Below are positions 26,986-41,050 of a DNA stretch of 64,000 nucleotides, piece after piece. Origin of the DNA: Octopus vulgaris (Eukaryota). The position numbers and the translations under genes are program-made. The stretch covers positions 210,738,001-210,802,000 of the forward strand of contig OX597815.1 in assembly GCA_951406725.2 (NCBI GenBank), written 5' to 3'. The notes beneath the pieces were generated by a model, which saw only the letters and a list, made by a program, of their open reading frames with translations, did not search any database and was not told the DNA's origin. Position 1 is the first letter of the stretch. Each line of letters opens with the position of its first letter.

Positions 26986-27539
26986 TCTACCCGATGCCTT
27001 TTCCATAAGTGTTTTTAAAAGATACGGACGAATATAACAGTTTATTACTGATTCTTATGTAGATATCCTGAATTAATTATTATATTCCCAGCATACCCTT
27101 TGAAGCAAAAATAATAATTTTGTGACGCCGATGCTTATAGTTTATGTTATCTCAAACCTACATCAAATTTTATAGATTATGTACTCGTATTATCGTATAA
27201 TTCAATTTGTATATTGATAATTTCTAATTTTTTTAATTTGATTACATTATGAATAGTGATTTCAAAGTCAATAAATGATATCTGGGTATTTTTAGAAGCT
27301 TTTACCTGTTACTTTGACAAATATTTATATTACGCGTATTTTACCATCGATTTTTATTTCTGCCAATTTGTCTTTTTGTTCATGTCTTTTGGCCAATATG
27401 CTTTCGTTCAAGATGCTTTTTAAATGAATTTCCATAAACCTATATGTGTGTGTGTCTTTATAAAGAGGGAGGGAGAGAGAGATAAAGAAAGATAAATGAA
27501 TGTATATGCATATTTATAATATATAGGTGTATATATATG

Positions 27540-27553
27540 TATCTATCTATCTG

Positions 27554-27597
<44 letters not shown>

Positions 27598-27650
27598 GCT
27601 AGCTAGCTAGCTATCTAGCTAGCTAGCTATCTAGCTAGCTAGCTATCTAG

Positions 27651-27715
<65 letters not shown>
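27540..27715. repeat. (ATCT)n/(AGCT)n/(CT)n/(TA)n compound microsatellite
   Basis: Direct reading. Confidence 0.95.
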
Positions 27716-27719
<4 letters not shown>

Positions 27720-28083
27720 CATCCATACATATATATATTAATGATAGTATATTATAGAATATTTATAGAATATTTGTGTAATTTTACTTAAAAAGGTTAT
27801 TTTAACGTACCGATCTACTTGGTAAAATTATTATTAATTAATTGATTAATTAATTAATTAATGTTACCCTTTTTTTATTAATATTGAAATTATAATTTAC
27901 TCCCTGATCGAAAACTGCAGTTTCTTTGGGATCGCTCATAACATACACGTGGGTACAGGTGATAAGTATGTATTCACATTCAGCTGTGTAAATTTTGGAA
28001 GTCTTGGATGGATATCTGTTGCGCGATGACGCTTGATCGTGTACTTACTTAACACTAGCACTTTCAAATTTTATAATGGAAAT

Positions 28084-28145
28084 GCTACACTGACGATGAG
28101 AAATAAGTAAGTAAATATACTTTAATCTCGAAACGCGTATGTCGC
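28084..28145 (+). ncRNA. Minimal hammerhead ribozyme in a PLE-like fragment (about 27740-28328)
   Basis: GCtACA-CTGACGA-t-GAGA-(24 nt)-TCTC-GAAA-CGCG-TA-TGTcGC; the element has a short terminal direct repeat TATAGAATATTTGTGT. Confidence 0.8.
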
Positions 28146-28324
28146 TAATCGGAGTCGTGTGGATTCATTAGTTTTCTTTTTGCCTACGTAAAAAAACGTG
28201 CTACTGCCTGGGAGATTCTTACGGTAGTAGAAAAGGAATTTTTAACTCCTATCTGTAAATTCGGTATGTGGTGAAGGAATTAACTGACCACTAATTATAA
28301 TCATGTTTAGAATTATAGAATATT

Positions 28325-28396
<72 letters not shown>

Positions 28397-28436
28397 TAAA
28401 TAGGTCGGTGTGTGTGTGTATGTATGCAAGTATACG

Positions 28437-28474
<38 letters not shown>

Positions 28475-29315
28475 AATGTATAAATAGGTTGGTGTGTGTG
28501 TGAATGTATGTAAGTATATCTATGCATATATATATATATATATATATATATGCATATATATATGCATATATATATATATATATATGTATGCATATATGTA
28601 TACTGAGAGAGAGAGAGAGAGAGAAAAAAAACAAGAAACCCAGAGAGGAAAAGAGCGAATGTGCATACGCAGAAGCATCAAAAATGTGTCTATTAAAACT
28701 TCATTAACAATGTATCTTGAAAGAAAATAAACTATAAACAATAGCGTACAAATCATTAAGCTAAAACTCTCATGGTTCCGGCAATAAGGCGTTGCCGGAG
28801 AACTGCCAAGCTAGAACTACAAAACTTTTATTACACAAAAAGGTGTGCATCCAATTACGCTAAGGCAGCCTCACGGCATTCCACCGTCTTCTTGTACGCA
28901 TTATTCTTTCCAGCAAGAAAATTTGCTTTGTATCTAGATCGCAAATTAACACATTCTTCATAAACACATATAGAAATCCCTCTCGATGTTTCTTCATCGC
29001 AGTTTAGAACCATGCAAATTTTCTCGATGGTAAAATTAAAACGTTTGCTTGGATGGAGGAAATCTGGATACCGTTTGAGTGGAGTTAACAATATGTATTT
29101 TTCGCAAACAAATGATGTACGGTTCGTGTAATGCAGGCAGCTTTCTGCCATATATTCCAGCCATGGTTTATTTTACCTAATGTAATATAAGCTATTGTGT
29201 ATAGCATAATGAGCCTCAAGACTCATCGTTAATAAATGTTAATAAATGCCCATACATATATATATTTATATATATATATGTCTCTCTCTCTCTTCATATA
29301 TATATATGTATGCAT

Positions 29316-29365
<50 letters not shown>

Positions 29366-29484
29366 GGGGAGAGACAGATAGAGAGAGATGCATACATATA
29401 TTTGTGTGCATGTATATATGTTTGTATATGCGTACATACACACGTGCGCGCAAACACACAAACTTATATGTATATGTATGTATG

Positions 29485-29518
<34 letters not shown>

Positions 29519-30275
29519 TGTATGTATGTATGCATGTATGTATTTAGCATACATTTTTGATACACTTTATAAGTCTTTTATCTGTAAAGTTTTCTGAATT
29601 TCTAAAAACATCGTATTATTGTCTTGAAACATTTTGTTGATGGTTTTCGAGGATTGCTGCCTCCGATTCATGGAAGATATTCGTTAGTATTCTGCAAAGC
29701 AAAAAGAAAAAACAAATGTAGTAATTCAAATCGATGAATATATCAGTGGCTTATTTGTATATAATAGTAATAGTTCACCTCATTTGATTGTCATTGTTCA
29801 GACAGTTATGTAGCTAATAAATTTGACCATTTATAATTTAAGCACACACCTTGCATCAACATCTCTTAAATCTACGTTATTTGAATGAAAAGAGTGAGCT
29901 GTGGAGATTGAAGGACTGTATTGTTGTCTTTATTCAAAGGAAACGACTACTAGTCAGTTCAGTTTTACATTTCTTTTTCCTTCTAAATTTCGATTAAATC
30001 TTCGGCTATCAGCAGTGGTTCTTTTCATACCTAGAAACCTTTTTTGCATCCCAGCAGGTCTCACCAAAAAAAAAAGAAAAACGTGTGGGGGTTGTACAAG
30101 ACAAAGGAAGGAAATAGGCAGAGCATGAATTTGATACCATAAAGTTTCAACAGTAATTTTCATACGTGGATCCTTAAAGAATTAGAAATTTACAGTACCA
30201 ATTGTTAGGTATCAATTAGAATTGATAGTAGCAATAATAACTAGGTACATTAAACACGATTTGAAAATTCAATCA

Positions 30276-30311
<36 letters not shown>

Positions 30312-30315
<4 letters not shown>

Positions 30316-30503
30316 CAGTGTACATTTAAACACATTAAGAGGTTTCAATCATAGGAATCCTTTACGCCAGAAAGAACAGCTAAAATCCAAACCACTAATT
30401 AGGGTTTGAAATCAACTAAGAGATTTGAACTTTAGCTTTTCTTTCTGGGGTAAATGATCCCTTTGATGAAAACCTCTTAATGTGTTTAAATCTACACTGT
30501 ATT
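30312..30503. repeat. About 190-bp imperfect hairpin element between (TA)n tracts
   Basis: AATACAGTGTACATTTAAACACATTAAGAGGTTT... pairs with ...AAACCTCTTAATGTGTTTAAATCTACACTGTATT. Confidence 0.85.
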
Positions 30504-30600
30504 TTATAGGAATAATATATAGTCTATTGACTAATTTTACTATACGCTAGGCCACTGGCAGTAAAAATTTCTAAAATCTTTATTACCCTGATATTATTAA

Positions 30601-30675
<75 letters not shown>

Positions 30676-32509
30676 AGCAAAAGAGAGAATTATTGAAGCT
30701 AACCAAGCCTCAGTTGAAAGTAGAGTATTCGAAACTCATTATCCCTTCTCTGAATGATGCTATCTCAATTAGCCAACTGTTAAACCAGACAGAACTCCAA
30801 TACAAAAGTTACGATAAGATAGTTAAGTAGCTTTTGCATATTAACCACCTTGATATTTATTTTACAGACGATAAATAAGAAATAAGACTAAAATGATACG
30901 GAAAGCTACTAAATGAATGATTAACCGCTGCTGATTAGGGAGTTGCACAGTATTACTATTAAAAAGTACATAGCAAAATAAAGTCGGGATTATTTTATAA
31001 TAAACGCAATCTTATAATTACATAGAAGTCGTTAAACTAAACGGAGACTTCATACACACAAACGAAAGATAACTTTAAGAAAGTCTGTTATAGAAGCATT
31101 CATTTAATATAAAAACTGTATTAAATGCACGAAAATTGAAAATAACAGAATAATATTCTAGCTCTCACATTAAAAATAACCTATCGTTGTATCTAAAGAA
31201 ATGAATAAAGCTTTGCTGAATAGCTTCGAAAGATAATGTCTCTTTTTAGGATACACCATAAAACAATTGACATAGAAATGTTATATTTTCCTCAAATACA
31301 AGGACTCGTTAAATAATTAGAAAATTCAAGAAAACTGAGAATTTCAAGATGGAGAAGGAAGTCATCGACAACTGTGAGAATAAAGGAGAAACGCCAACAA
31401 AAATTACGGGAAGTTAAGCACTAAGCTAAGAATAGATTTATAATAATGCGAATAAAGGATGTGAGAGAAGATAACGCTGACGGACGAGGTGCAGTATGGA
31501 ACGGTACAAAGAGGTGACTTACCGAGCAACGACCCATGACTTAAAAAGAAAAACAAAACCGGTCGTTCTGAGAGCAGCCGCCAAGTAACGATGATTGAAT
31601 CACTCAAATATCTTCAACAGATTCAAATTGATTACTTCCTAGATTGTTTCTCACTTTCTCTATGACGTATCGCATGAGTTTTATGTTTTCGTAGGTAGTC
31701 ATGCCCCAAAAGTTTTCACTAATACCTTAGAAAAATCTCAAGCTCCACACTCAAAGATTTATGCACCAGGAATTTTCCAATTGCGGTCGGCTTGTTGCTA
31801 TCCTTTATCAGTATAGTTACAGAGGTCTGAAAGGAGTAGAAATTATCCAATTCTTCAGTCAGTTGCCGTAAACGTTTGTCTAAATGTCGTCGGAACTTCC
31901 TCGTGTAATTTTAAAGCGCATTTTGCTGGCAGACCATCCAAACTAAGTTGGGTGGTCTATCAGCATGCAACCGTTCATTGCAACTTGTATCTTAGACGGA
32001 GTTTTCACGTTTTTGTTCTATCAATTTTCTTCCAACAAGATTTGTGGTTAGTCATCGAGCTAGACTTTAAAATCTTTAACGAATCTTTTGGCCCCCAGAA
32101 TCGCGCAAATATTTGGCAGAAATACGTGCTCTTCTACTTGTAGCTATATATCATGTGCCTGACACACTTCATTAAAGATCAAAATGCGTTTTTACTTTCA
32201 ATGTTGTAGTCTATCGCTATTCTCCATTCTTCTTAGTCCACAACTCATTAAGAACGCAAGTGTGATGAGGACTACAGCAGTGAATGTCATGCTGGTTCTT
32301 TATGTTAATGAAAAGGAAACCAAATGTTTAATACTAAATAGAGAGAAGGAGGCCCAATTTCTTCATAGATGAACTAAATATCCTGCGAACAATCCTCCCC
32401 AATGCTGAGCGTTCCTTCCTTGTTTCCCATTATTCTAGAAAAGACACTGGGGTAATTTTAGACTATATAATTTTTAAAACAAAGCCTCGAAAGAAAATCT
32501 ACAAAATCT

Positions 32510-32905
32510 AGGCGGAGGAGTGGCTGTGTGGTAAGTAGCTTGCTTACCAACCACATGGTTCCAGGTTCAGTTCCACTGCATAGCACCTTGACCGTGTGTC
32601 TTCTACTATAGCCTCGGGCCGTCCAAAGCCTTGTGAGTGGATTTGATAGGCAGAAACTGAAACAAATCTGTAGTAGTTATGTGTGTGCGTGTGTGTGTTT
32701 GTGTTTGTGTGTGTCTGTGTTCGTCCCCCGCTGTCGCTTGACAACCGATGTCGGTATGCTTCCACCCCTTAACATAAGCGGTTCGGCAAAAGAGTGCGAT
32801 AGAATAAGTACTAGGCTTATAAAGAATGAGTCCTGGGGTTGATTTGTTCGACTAAAGGCAGTGCTCCTGTATGGCCGCAGTAAAATGACCTGAAACAAAT
32901 GAAAG
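32510..32905 (+). mobile_element. SINE family A
   Basis: Consensus head, body and tail. Confidence 0.9.
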
Positions 32906-34949
32906 CGAAAATCTCGACAACTCTGAAAGATTACAACAATTTCTATGCTTTTATTAAGCAGAGCTCTGCACGATATCACTATATTGCATCTAACATCATT
33001 ATAGCACCTACTACCCCCAATCTACCCCAAATACACCATACAATCTAAAAACATCAGATTACAAAATAAGAGAGAACATGATCAAAAGTGGAGCGCTTCT
33101 GGTGTTAAAAGACCTGGTGTTAAACAACAGCAATACAAGCACTAGTGGTGACGTAGAAGACCAAGCCTTCGTAGGCTTAATATTTTATGCACACTGCAAT
33201 CTCTCTGTACCTCCCAGCGTTTACATAGAAACTCTCACATTTTCTATAATATTCCAACATTGTTGTTTCGACTAAGTACATTTCTCTCTACATATAAATA
33301 TTACATAAACATAAATATTATCTGTCATTGTCATTGTTGCTTATTGTTGATTATGTTATTCAGTATTTTAACTACTTAACAATCATTCTTCTTTATTACA
33401 TGAAACTATAAGATAAAAACATTTTGCTTATTACTATATATATATGTGTTTTGAAGTACCTACTCAAACCAATTAAAGCATATTGCAAATGATTATTAGA
33501 AGATAATTTTTCCCCGTAAAACATGAATTCATTGTGAGGCTCATAAATCTGTGCATCTCAAGTGTAATAAAATACTTTGGAGAATGGGAAATTAATCATT
33601 GAAAATGAAATTACTGTCTTTTTAAAAGTATCCATTGTGAAAAGAAGAAAAATTAAGAACATTTCGTTTCAACAAAGTATTAATAAAAAAAAAACATTCA
33701 TTACACGACTGGAAATACATATTTTTCACAAATGAATTTTCTCTTTGGAATTCTAAATAAAATATTAATACTTCTGGTAACAATAATGTATATTATATGT
33801 TTAAAAAAAAAAACAATACTTTTTTTAAAACACAAATTCAGTTTTCATTCACAAAGTAAACAAAGGTAATCTATCACATCAGAAGTTAGTAACAATGCCT
33901 ACATTAAAAAATTTTCTCTTTCAAAGGAATATATTTAGAAAAACTTACCGAGGAAAAAAATACTCGTTTTATATTGTCGTTAAAGACATCGTCACTTGAC
34001 TGTGCCAGATTTATGTTTAACTCAACAAGGCAAGGAATGAGGAGGTGATTTTTCAAGTAGAATTAATGCAAAACAAGACAAAAGACCAACAAAGCAATAG
34101 TAGCGAAAGGAAATGTATATAATCAGTTGTTAATACAAATACGAAACAAAGAAATGAGAAGCAATTTTTGTAAATTTCATTTAATTAGGTTTTTCTCTGA
34201 TGGCACAAATGAATAATTGAAGAACAAAGTAAATGACGATGTACTTTCTTGTACATTTTTATTGGTACACATAAAATGTATATATATGCGTACGTCTATC
34301 TCTCCATTTATGTATGTGTGTATAAGTGTGCTAATGTGTGTGGCTGGTAGTGAATACCACCTTCCTTCAATACAATGTAGCGCCTCCCTATAAAAAGAGA
34401 TTATTTGCAAAGCACTTGGAAATGCCTTCTCCTAGAATATAACCATTTTGTGACTTTTAACACTTTTCAATTCTCCACTAATCTCCAGCTTGAATTTAAA
34501 TTTTGCTTTAATTAAAACTTTATTTATTTTGCAATACACCTTTCTCAAGAGACCTAAATAACAGTATTCTATCACATCAAGTACACGTTATATAGGATTT
34601 TATAATACGAAAGTTAAATCGTAAATTTCGTGAACATTTCATTAGGGAAGATGTGATGAATCTCAATTGAAGTTCATTTAATTCATCAACATCCGGTATA
34701 ATAGGTGAAAGGTGTCATATAAACATAGCATTAGCCCTAATCAAATTTTAACCATCTTCTTTGAAGCAACTACACTATATCTCCGGAAAATAACGTTAAC
34801 ACGGACACAATAATTAAAATGATATTTAATGATTCCTGCTTGTGTGGCTGTAAATATAAAATGTTCATCATAAGTGTGATCCTAACACTATACAGCATTT
34901 GAAGAACAGTAGAGGCCTATATGTGTGTGTGCGTGTGTGTATGATATAG

Positions 34950-35425
34950 GTGGCCCGTTAGCCATTCAAACCTAAAGAAAGAGACGAAGCGAGAAATCTC
35001 CTTACCGTAGTGAGACAAATTCACTCAAGAAGTAGCAGATATATCCATGTCACATGATTTCGGACACGGAATCATTTCATCTTAGCTCTCGTCAGTGGGT
35101 CTTACTGCGCCTAGGTTTGTAACATAACTCGCCTCGTCAACTCATGAGAAAAACCGTTGGAAGCGTGCGCTAATTCAAAATTGTAAAAGTGTATAGTATA
35201 AATAATAGAGAAGGGCCGTTACCAATTCAAACCTAAAGACAAATTTATAAACAAGGGCACAAAATAGTACCAGCATTGCTAGAAACAAGAGTAAAAAATG
35301 ACTCAAAAAACCAAAAGCTGACGAAAGACAATAAGCGTGAAAACTCCTTACCGTGGTGAGACAAACAAAAGAAGTAGCAGATATATCCATGTCACGTGAT
35401 TTCGAACTCTGAATCCTTTCATCTT
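34950..35425 (-). mobile_element. PLE-like partial tandem pLTRs with HHR-like motif and short intron signals
   Basis: Direct repeats (about 34950-35085 vs 35212-35425); minus-strand CCA-CTGACGA...GAAA-TCA(C/T)GTGA-CA-TGG followed by CG|GTAAGG and CTTTAG|G. Confidence 0.6.
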
Positions 35426-36431
35426 GAATTATTATACATTCATATGCATACATACACACACTCACTTTCACACACATACACGCACACGCACACACACACA
35501 CACACACATACACGCATACATACACACATATATATATGCTTATATATTTATTCATACAAATGTATACAAATTTTTTTATTTACTTCTACAGAATTTCATT
35601 ATAGGTATTGCGAAAGTAATTAAATATTTGCTCATTAACTGAAAGTTTAGATAATCACATATTTCATGTAAAATGTATTAAAATAATCTTGAATGAGATT
35701 TCAATATTAAGCCATTTACAATTATTACGAAACAAAATAATTACCTCGCTTTACAGACAAATTTCAGTTTCAGTAAAAATTACAACTATACGAATCTCTC
35801 ATTTGAAAATATATGAGATTTACTAGTTGTAATAAGGCTTTTGTTTAAGTAATATTCGTAGTTTTAATACTACTTTCAACTAAATACGTACTAATTTTAT
35901 TCAAGAAATCTATCTTTCAGTGATGCCACTTGAACGCCTGTCTTTTAAGAGAAGAGAGAAAAATATCATCCATAATGAAAATTATAAATGGACAAAAATT
36001 AAACCAAAAACTATGGGTGTGCAATATATTTGGTGTGCTGTAATGCAAATGCTAGATATCACGCAAAGATGAATCATAAGGGGTTTAAGAAGACTGGGAC
36101 CCATATTAATGTCTCCACAGCGCCAGTACTTTCCACTCCATGGTTGTTTCTCTTCAGTTTGCATAGTTTTGAAGGATTTTCCGTTTATTCTGCTTCTCGT
36201 ATGTCTTGTGAATGTATAGATGTTGCGCGCTTCTTACAGTATTAACAGTTTTTAACTCTTATTTTTTGCAATATAGGTGCTTCGACACCCTGAGTCACAA
36301 TTAGTTACGATTAAATTAATCATATGTGTGTAGGTATCTATATACACACACGCACACATTCACGCGAGCACACACACACATATGCACGCACGCACACACT
36401 CTCACACACACACACACACACATAAATACAT

Positions 36432-36610
36432 AGGCGTAGGAGTGGCTGTGTGGTAAGTAGCTTGCTTACCAACCACATGGTTCCGGGTTCAGTTCCACTA
36501 CGTGGCACCTTGGGCAAGTGCCTTCTTCTATAGCATCAGGCCTACCAAAGTCTTGTGAGTGGATTTGGTAGGCGGAAACTGAAAGAAGCCCGTTGTATAT
36601 ATGTATATAT

Positions 36611-36666
<56 letters not shown>

Positions 36667-36890
36667 ATATGTTTGTGTGTCTGTGTTTGTCTCCCCAACA
36701 TCGCTTGACAACCGATACTGGTGTCTTTACGTCCCTCGTAACGTAGCGGTTCGGCAAAAGAGACCGATAGAAAGCGTACTAGGTTTACAAAGAATAAGTC
36801 CTGGGGTCGATTTGCTCGACTAAAAGCGGTGCTCCAGCATGGCCACAGTCAAATGACTGAAACAATTAAAAGATTTAAAAGAGTAAAGAG
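36432..36890 (+). mobile_element. SINE family A
   Basis: Consensus head, body and tail. Confidence 0.92.
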
Positions 36891-39379
36891 TATACATATC
36901 CACTTATCTACATATCTACATATCTACCTGTTTTCGTGCATACATACATTACATCACTTTTGTGAAAAACAAAGTAGTTTACGTTCAAAGACCACATACG
37001 TTCTGTCTCACGTTTATAACCATGACTTACATACATTAATGACGAAATTGAATAGCATGCGTGTGCGACTTCAACTTCCGTCATAACAGAAGTCATCGTG
37101 TGTCAGGATAAACATTAGATTTCCGCACTGATTTTGTCTACTAAGTACTACTGACAAATATTGATCAAACTGACGTTGTCGTTGAAGACTTGTTTCACAT
37201 TACCGAGTTGGACTGAGCCCAAATATACTTCAAAACGACAGATGAGTCTTATACATGCAGCAAAGCCGATCTAGACCTGATTCTCTTAACCATTTGCATT
37301 CGGTATCTGTAATTATTATGCATACTACCGTGAAAAAAGACAGTGGTAATCAGGAAGACATGTAATATAAAGAATAGGATTACTCATTGCATAATATTTA
37401 TTGGAAGTTGAGGTGATTACGGTTTCGTACAGATACAAGTAATTTGTATTATATCATGACAAACAAAATTTAATTTCTCTATTTGCTTTTTTGCTTATAT
37501 CATATTTGCCACCAATGGAATTCTGGAAACCTGATGATAATAGCGATGAGAAAATCGCTATAGTGATGAATAAACAAATATTAAGAAAGGTTGCTGTTAT
37601 AATAAAATGCTGGCTTATATTCAGAGTTATTAGCTATGACCAAAATATTACAATGTAACACAATCACTGTTTATTAAAACATAGTTCAAAAAGATTATAT
37701 GAGCCAGGTACCAAAGAGTAAAACGGAAATAACTAGATGATAAATATATAGCGAGGAGTTAACAAAAGCTAATATTTAAAATAAAATTCCTCAGTAGATT
37801 TCACTTCAAAATAATGCATTAATAATTTGATTTAATATTACAGCTCTGCAAATTTATTGAAATTATTTTCCATGTTCATAAGGTTTTGAGTACATTAACA
37901 AAAAATCTAACCAATCATCATTAATACTGAATTGCAATACCAATATAGCTTATATAGTTGACCAATTAGACCGCAGCCACAGGATAGTAACATGAGATAA
38001 GTGATACACTGAAAGTAAAAATAGCGGCATAAGCTAATATTAGATTACTTTAACAGGATATCAAATAAACACTAAAGATTGTACATGGCCCCTTGACCTA
38101 ATAGCAACCACAGAAATATAATTCTTAGACGATTACTACCATTTGAAACACAAAAATCATACTGGATGATGTGTAGTTATGTATGTTTTTTTCCCGACGA
38201 AATGAGAACAGTCATGGTTCTAAAGTCTTTGATAACGAATTAGGTGGATCAGATATTACTTGTAGTTGATTAATAACAAGAAGGAGATAATACTTTGTTA
38301 TATAATTTTGGATTCTATGAATGATGAATTTGATGGGCACATCTTGAACGTCTTCTTTCGAGTGTTATCTCATCAATCCGGATTTAGGAAAACAAGAAAG
38401 CAAAAACCATCAGAAGTCACGCCGTAGAATAAGTATCGAGTCAGATATGGAAAAAAGTTTTTTTGCCTGCTCTTGTAACTGTTTTCAACAAAGAGCAATG
38501 GCCTCGCTAAGATATATTTTGCCGAGAATTAACTCTCTCTCGTACATTTATTGTGGAATTGCCTAAATTATTTAGAAATATTGTATTCTTTTAATTAAAA
38601 CTTTACCTAAAGGATTACCGTCTTTATTCTACAGTATTCCACTTGTAAGGAAGCAAAGGCGGAAAACAATGAGTGGAGACTATTAAAAGCAGGAGAATGT
38701 TGTTAATGAATAATGCCTCTTTGTGAACGAATGTTCAGTGCAAATATTTAACACGAACAAAAGGAAACAATAGAAATGTATTCTAATATAGGAGGTAGTT
38801 GAATGTTTCTAACATATGACTTGCGAAAAATTGACTGATACTATATTTACTTCGAGGGAAAAGATAAGAAAAATTAAAATACCAAACATCGTGGTAAGAA
38901 AGGGCTGCCCAAAAATGAAGAGGTGAAAGTGTTTAAAGGATTGCAATTCATAGTAGAAAAAATTGTAATTAACTGATGTTTCCGAGCTAAAATATGCGAA
39001 TTGAAAGATTGTGAGTCAGTGCTACTCAAACGTCTGAGTGTCATTAAAATCTTGTGCCTAAAAATATCAGCACACTTCCATTTAAGCAAAGGCACAATTA
39101 TATTATTGACATAATGGTAATCGGCAGAAACTTAGCCGTCAGCCTATATACTGTGAGTAAATGAACTTCATCTATGGAGACAGAATATCTCAAGGATATG
39201 TGTTCAGACACGGAGAGTATGTGCATCGATTGGTGTGATACTAGTCACTTACGTCCATTAGTATGTGAAAAGAATATGCACGAGGTGGGTCCAAAATCAC
39301 GAAGATGATGCAATATTTAATAACTCCTTTTTTTCTCGCTTTAAATTAACAACATCAAAGCATCATATATAGTATATAT

Positions 39380-40410
39380 ATAGGAAATAAATACTTGCTG
39401 GCTGTGAAAAATCACATCTCATACATGATGTCTATTTTCTGCGTCACACAAATGTGACCTTTGTAAGGCATTTTCTGTGTCACTGATTTCGGCTCCTAAA
39501 TTGTTCTTCAGCAGTTAGAGTACCTGAGACTTGTTAACATAATGTTTTTCTTTGAAATAGCCCACACGTAGAACTCAGGAACTGTTAGATAAGGAGAACG
39601 CGGCGGTCAGCTTATGCCGCAATCGCGAGTATTCATTCTTCCTTCAAAAACTTGCCTGAGGAGTTTGGATTGTGGTCATTGCTGCATGAATTGTCTCTCT
39701 CTCTCTTGCTGGAACCACATGTAATGCTTATTTTTAAGCGTTTAGAGTAAAAAGTGTCGATTATATACAAATATATTCACCTCCTGTAACAGTGATGAGG
39801 TTTCCAATGCGATCCTCTTCAAAGTGAGGCCTGAGATCTTCCTCTGACGTCGCCCAACACTAGACCGTTCACATAATGAATCAAAATTGACTTTTGTGAA
39901 CTACTCTAAGATTTTATCAACCCCAAATCCTGTTGTTTTGCTTGTTAATGAATCTATTCAAGTGAAAATATGCGGATTTTGGTATCATCAACATCTGGAT
40001 GAATTCTTCAGTGCTGACGACATGCTGCTGCGTGCTATCTGAGGGCATAATCTACGCCAATAACAATTTTTACAGAAACTGGTTCAGTTATTTAAGAATA
40101 GACTTGAGCGAAGTCTGAGAGATTCCAGCTTGTCTGGTAAACCTTCAAGTTGATGCGCTTGATTGTGCCAACTGTCATTTATATGCTCCACTATGGCCTC
40201 GTTCCTAACCGAAGGAGGTCTGGCTGTTCACAGTAGGTCGCTTAGTGAATTCTCTTCCTCAAAACGAACAAACGCAAATTCCTTGATTCTCTTGGGATTT
40301 TCTCACACCGTAATAGCAACGATATACCCATTGGGTCAGAAACATTCGTTTTAATAGTAAAAATTCACAATTTTTGTTCGCCATACGATCAAGAATTTTT
40401 TCATGGTTAT
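39380..40410 (-). mobile_element. Degenerate Tc1/mariner-superfamily transposase, rosa/DD41D-like
   Basis: Manual translation: KIVNFYY.NEC, AYFHLNRFINKQN.RIWG, MWFQQ, .PPRSPYLTVPEFYVW. Confidence 0.75.
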
Positions 40411-40646
40411 CTCTAACCTTCTTTCTATATAGAACTGTTGCGTCGACGCCCCCAGACGATGAAGTAGGCTAGCTCAATACGTAGATATAAAGGGAGAAGT
40501 CTAGACGTCGTGACGTTGAGTAGAGGTCATCCGAACATGCGATATAACAGTGGCGATGAGGATTTCGTAGCACACACAGCCACTGTGTAATATTGCGATA
40601 TAACAAAAACTTATAAAGGAAAATAATATTTAAAATAAATTATATA

Positions 40647-41050
40647 GGCGCAGGAGTGGCTGTGTGGTAAGTAGCTTGCTAACCAACCACATGGTTCCGG
40701 GTTCAGTCCCACTGCGTGACATCTTGGGCAAGTGTCTTCTGCTATAGCCCCGGGCTGACCAATGCCTTGTGAGTGGATTTGGTAGACGGAAACTGAAAGA
40801 AGCCTATCGTATATATGTATATATATATAAGTGTGTGTGTATATGCTTGTGTATATGTGTTTGTCCCCCTAGCATTGCTTGACAACCGATGCTGGTGTGT
40901 TTACGTCCCCGCAACTTAGCGGTTCGGCAAAAGAGACCGATAGAATAAGTACTGGGCTTACAAAGAATAAGTCCCGGGGTCGATTTGCTCGACTAAAGGC
41001 GGTGCTCCAGCATGGCCGCAGTCAAATGACTGAAACAAGTAAAAGAGTAA
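40647..41050 (+). mobile_element. SINE family A, near consensus
   Basis: Consensus head, body and tail. Confidence 0.93.

Noticed and set aside
28777-28814. GC hairpin followed by CTAG as a Helitron 3' end
   Set aside because: Followed by A rather than T, and no matching 5' end found
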